Virus record (IMG/VR): IMGVR_UViG_3300016667_001244
Coordinates: 1 to 31,188 of that record
Length of the DNA: 31,188 bases
Source of the DNA: a virus
Lineage: Duplodnaviria > Caudoviricetes
Reading direction: 5' to 3' (one strand)
Position numbers and translations under genes: made by a program. Under the pieces are notes generated by a model that was not told where the DNA came from, did no database searches, and worked only from the letters and a program-made list of their open reading frames with translations. This document shows positions 27,810-31,188 of this stretch, one piece after another; the first letter of the stretch is position 1; each line of letters starts with the position of its first letter.

Positions 27810-28472
27810 TCATGGTAAATTTGAGGAGTTAATCCATTCGAAAATTTGTTCGTTTCCTACTGTTTTAAGTAGGATGTTTCCTTCCCTAAATAAAACGTCA
27901 ATTTCTGGTTCATGCGTTTTCTTTTTATAAGCCCAGAAACAACCAGCGTTCTCTGGTGAAACGTTCTGGGATTGTAAGAATCTAAGAAAATCTTGCTCTG
28001 TTTCCATATCTTCATCACTTGGGATGGAACTAAAAACACTAACACAACATTCGTATCTATCACTGCTTAGATTGCCAATATATTTGCGATTATATAAGTT
28101 TTTAAGCTCATAACATTTGTTCCACACTTTATTTGCATCGATAGATAAGTTGGTATCACTAGCCAACCAGTTTGGTGCGATTCTTTTCATTGCAGACTGA
28201 TAAAGCAATGGACCCCAACCCTCTAGAGCACTTGAAGAACGAACTTCTGCGATGTCACCTTCTTCTGGTAGTATGAACGATATATAACCTTGAACGATAC
28301 CGTCACCGCTTTGCTTCAAATTTCCAGATGCATCTTTCATTTGATTCTTGTTTATAAAAACCAAAGTGATTTTCGATTCAAAGTTTGTTTCAACCAAAGC
28401 ATAGCCTTGCTGATAAGCTTGACTTGCAAACACTTGAGCTTCATTTAAAAACAACAGTGGAAATAATTTCAT
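27810..28472 (-). CDS. GNAT-like paralog 4 (shortest)
   Basis: MKLFPLLFLNEA; SSALEGWGPLLYQSAM...WLASDTNLSIDANKVW; GGAGG SD. Confidence 0.75.
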   Translation of the reverse strand: MKLFPLLFLNEAQVFASQAYQQGYALVETNFESKITLVFINKNQMKDASGNLKQSGDGIVQGYISFILPEEGDIAEVRSSSALEGWGPLLYQSAMKRIAPNWLASDTNLSIDANKVWNKCYELKNLYNRKYIGNLSSDRYECCVSVFSSIPSDEDMETEQDFLRFLQSQNVSPENAGCFWAYKKKTHEPEIDVLFREGNILLKTVGNEQIFEWINSSNLP

Positions 28473-28481
28473 CGATTGCTC

Positions 28482-29252
28482 CTATTTGTAACGACGAGAG
28501 AAAAAACTAGTTGTGGATTTTTCAAAGATATGTTTAAAATCGTATTCAGATATATTATATCTGTCTAAACCACCAAAAAACATTTCACCTTTATCGTAAA
28601 GTGCCTTGTATTCTGCGATATCATTCTTAAGACGATATGCGTACAAGTTACCATAGTTTTTAAACACATCTTCATCTTGTGGATTTGGTGAATTTTTATT
28701 TAGAAAAGCAGCAACTTCAGCTTCGGTTTTTCCATGCACAGAAGGATCGTAGACCCTTATAGCATGGGTACGCAAAGCATTTTTTATATATATAGGATTG
28801 AAATCACCAAGCCATTTACGCTCGTATAAATCTGCGAGTTGGTACATCTTGTTCCAAACATTATGAGCTGTTGTTGAAACAGAAACATCGCTTTTCAACC
28901 AATCATTTGTTGGTTTTATTTTTTGCATTACTAGTTGGTAGGCCAAAGGACCAAAACCAGAAACGCCAGCAGAAGTTGAAACAGCATATAAGTTTGGAGA
29001 TATTTTATCAAAAGAAACAGTTGCTACAATCGCAGAGTCTGATAAGCTTTTTATCACCTGTTGCTGCCATGCTTCAAAATTATACTTATACAAAGATGAT
29101 TTTGAAGCTTTTGAAAGAATTTTATCCATTCTGGTTGTTGAAAACAATACAACTGTATCGTCGTATATCAGTTTTGCCGCTATATTTTTTTCAAGCGACC
29201 CTGCTACAGATCTTGCGGCTTCGTTTGTGAATATGATTGGATATAGTTTCAA
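28482..29252 (-). CDS. GNAT-like paralog 3
   Basis: TTG start overlapping the upstream TGA, AAGGAG SD; MKLYPIIFTNEAA; TSAGVSGFGPLAYQLVM...WLKSDVSVSTTAHNVW. Confidence 0.75.
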   Translation of the reverse strand: MKLYPIIFTNEAARSVAGSLEKNIAAKLIYDDTVVLFSTTRMDKILSKASKSSLYKYNFEAWQQQVIKSLSDSAIVATVSFDKISPNLYAVSTSAGVSGFGPLAYQLVMQKIKPTNDWLKSDVSVSTTAHNVWNKMYQLADLYERKWLGDFNPIYIKNALRTHAIRVYDPSVHGKTEAEVAAFLNKNSPNPQDEDVFKNYGNLYAYRLKNDIAEYKALYDKGEMFFGGLDRYNISEYDFKHIFEKSTTSFFSRRYK

Positions 29253-30010
29253 TCGTATCTCCTTTCAAAAAATGCATCGCCGCTGTCACTAATGATTTGT
29301 TTGATTAAAGCAGCGTCGAATCCTCTGTCAACGAGTTCGTCAAGAAACGCTTCCCCTTGATCGAAAACAGCCTGTAATGCAGGAATAGGTTTAGCTAAAC
29401 GATAAACATAAAGATATCCATATTTGGACATGTCACCAAGTTCTTGTGTCATATACGCTTCGTCGGTTACCATGTCGTCGGGTAAATCGATATAGTCTTT
29501 GTTTTCATCAGCGTTCAATCGATCATTAATGAGTTTGGTAGAATCTCCTGATAGATCACCCATCCATTTTTTTTCATAGAGTTCTGTACGTGTGTACATT
29601 TCCTGCCACACTTTTGCTGATTCGGCTGTTAGGCTTCCATCACTACAAAGCCATTTTGGCTTTATGTAATGCATTGCTAACTGATAAGCAAGAGGTCCAA
29701 ATTTATTAACCGCAGCACTTGTGTTGATTTTGGTTACACCTTGAACGTGTGTAGATCGAAAACTAATGCTACCAACAATAGCACGGTTGGCAGCTTTAAA
29801 CACCACCTCGACGCTGGCTGCATGGTAGGGATTGTTTAAAAAGGTTTTGTTTTTTTCGAGCAAATCTAGCATACGTTTTTTTGAAACAAGATTTACAAAC
29901 TGACCTCCGGCGACACCGGTTGGTGTTTGTATCGCAACAACACCTTTTTCCAACGCTTCTTCTGGTGTACGCATACCTTCGTTGAGATATATGATTGGAT
30001 AAAGTTTCAT
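29249..30010 (-). CDS. GNAT-like paralog 2
   Basis: Start reassigned to ATG 30010 by paralogy (MKLYPIIYLNEG); TSAAVNKFGPLAYQLAM...WLCSDGSLTAESAKVW. Confidence 0.75.
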   Translation of the reverse strand: MKLYPIIYLNEGMRTPEEALEKGVVAIQTPTGVAGGQFVNLVSKKRMLDLLEKNKTFLNNPYHAASVEVVFKAANRAIVGSISFRSTHVQGVTKINTSAAVNKFGPLAYQLAMHYIKPKWLCSDGSLTAESAKVWQEMYTRTELYEKKWMGDLSGDSTKLINDRLNADENKDYIDLPDDMVTDEAYMTQELGDMSKYGYLYVYRLAKPIPALQAVFDQGEAFLDELVDRGFDAALIKQIISDSGDAFFERRYD

Positions 30011-30023
30011 GTTATTTCTGCTA

Positions 30024-30839
30024 TCAATAACTAGCTTTTCCACCGTAGAGTCTACGAAAAAACTTTCTGCCCGCAGCATCGGAAAACAACCAACCAAGAT
30101 CTTTTTCGGTGAACTGAGGATATATTTCTCTTAAATCTTTGATTAGTTGCTTGCCTTTGTCAAACAAACTACTTGTATTCGAATCATGCGAAACTAGTTG
30201 ATAAGCCCATAACCAACCATAAGTTTCTGGTTTTAAGTTGTTTTCTTGTAACCAACTTAGGAAAGCTTGTTCGTCTTCGTAATCTATTTCTCCGTGTACG
30301 ACTTTGGTTATATACTCTCCTAGATCTTGGGGAGCACGACCAATATGCATACGTTCTGAGAGATGAGATTCATTCCATTCACCAAGCCATTTACGCTTGT
30401 ATACACCTTGTTCAGAAAGCTCATACATTTTCTGCCAAACTCTTTGACTTGCTGGCTTGAGAGAAGTATCACTTTCTAGCCAACCACCAGTTGACCACAT
30501 CGCTAGTTGATATGCCAATGGTCCAAAACTCGCCACACCAGCACTAGTGTCGATTTTCCACAGATTTTCATCACTGTCAGAGTATGCAACATATCCAACA
30601 ACTGCTCGATTTGCGATGAGTTTGCTTATGGTATAGGTGTCGCTTTCGCTCATTCCTCCGGCCCGTTGCATTATGCTTTTTGCTCGACCTACATCGATCA
30701 AAACGATGCTATGCTCGCTTGGTGATTCCATTTCCCAGTCTGCATAGTCATCGCTAGTAATCGCCGCAACGTCTTTGCCAATAGCTTCGGTTGCTGTTGG
30801 AGCTGCTTCGTTAAGGTATATGATTGGATAAAGTTTCAT
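30024..30839 (-). CDS. GNAT-like paralog 1
   Basis: MKLYPIIYLNEAA; TSAGVASFGPLAYQLAM...WLESDTSLKPASQRVW. Confidence 0.75.
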   Translation of the reverse strand: MKLYPIIYLNEAAPTATEAIGKDVAAITSDDYADWEMESPSEHSIVLIDVGRAKSIMQRAGGMSESDTYTISKLIANRAVVGYVAYSDSDENLWKIDTSAGVASFGPLAYQLAMWSTGGWLESDTSLKPASQRVWQKMYELSEQGVYKRKWLGEWNESHLSERMHIGRAPQDLGEYITKVVHGEIDYEDEQAFLSWLQENNLKPETYGWLWAYQLVSHDSNTSSLFDKGKQLIKDLREIYPQFTEKDLGWLFSDAAGRKFFRRLYGGKASY

Positions 30840-31156
30840 AGTTTCCTTATAACTAGCTTTTCTCCGCCTTTTATGCCGTGGTCTTTACACCAACCTCCTC
30901 TTACTTCAACAACATAACGAACAGGCACAGAAAATCTTCTAGAGGCCGTAGAAAATGCTTCCAAAGGCAGTACCTCAACCAATCTGTTATGCTTATCGAA
31001 TCCAAGACAATCTAAATCAAAAGGAACGGTATGCATCCAATAAGATTGAGGATGTTCTGTGTCATGCACAAAAAGCATTCCATAATGATCGTTGGGTGGT
31101 TGACTCCATCCCATGAAGCCTTTTGCACGTAACTCTGAACTGTTCAATATTTTCAA
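30836..31156 (-). CDS. DUF192-family protein
   Basis: RAKGFMG...GMLFV...YWMHTVPFDLD...YVVEVRGGW...GI pattern. TTG start near the window edge is uncertain. Confidence 0.8.
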   Translation of the reverse strand: MKILNSSELRAKGFMGWSQPPNDHYGMLFVHDTEHPQSYWMHTVPFDLDCLGFDKHNRLVEVLPLEAFSTASRRFSVPVRYVVEVRGGWCKDHGIKGGEKLVIRKL

Positions 31157-31167
31157 AGCTAATGAAT

Positions 31168-31188
31168 GTGGAAGATAACCAATAGAAG
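31168..31188 (+). repeat. 21-bp element GTGGAAGATAACCAATAGAAG (may extend beyond the window)
   Basis: 20/21 match to the reverse complement of 14976-14996. Confidence 0.8.

Noticed and set aside
30011-30097. N-terminal extension of paralog 2 given by the ORF track
   Set aside because: It overlaps paralog 1; the conserved leader fixes the start at 30010.
26154-30839. Paralog array as a diversity-generating retroelement target or CRISPR-like array
   Set aside because: No reverse transcriptase, no adenine-specific template/variable repeat pair and no regularly spaced short repeats in the window.
1-31188. Stop-codon reassignment, tRNA or rRNA genes
   Set aside because: Genes are intact under the standard code and use all three stops; intergenic gaps are short and no cloverleaf was seen.

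Overview
A 31-kb segment of a large (probably jumbo) T4-like myophage genome, read with the standard genetic code. Left, on the minus strand, is a tail module: a 1195-aa tube-initiator/baseplate-like protein, an 1885-aa tape measure protein and a gp26-like chaperone with a probable frameshifted extension. It is interleaved with a GIY-YIG homing endonuclease, thymidine kinase and small acidic putative head proteins. The middle, on the plus strand, carries Hsp20, a metallopeptidase-VWA protein, a Zn-ribbon protein, a MoxR-like AAA+ ATPase, dUTPase, a 5'-3' exonuclease, a DnaB-like helicase and nrdB/nrdA. The right end, on the minus strand, carries a DUF192-like gene and six tandem divergent GNAT-like paralogs, each with a conserved MKLYPIIxxNE-type leader resembling the T4 capsid-targeting sequence. 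This array is the best candidate for an undescribed system (virion-packaged, injected effectors). Other notable signals are a U7 +1/-2 frameshift site, a homing endonuclease that appears to have captured and replaced its target gene's 3' end, a 21-bp inverted repeat pair 16 kb apart, and a recurrent TAnTTA late-promoter-like motif. No tRNA, rRNA or CRISPR array was seen. All calls come from motif recognition by eye, not database searches.
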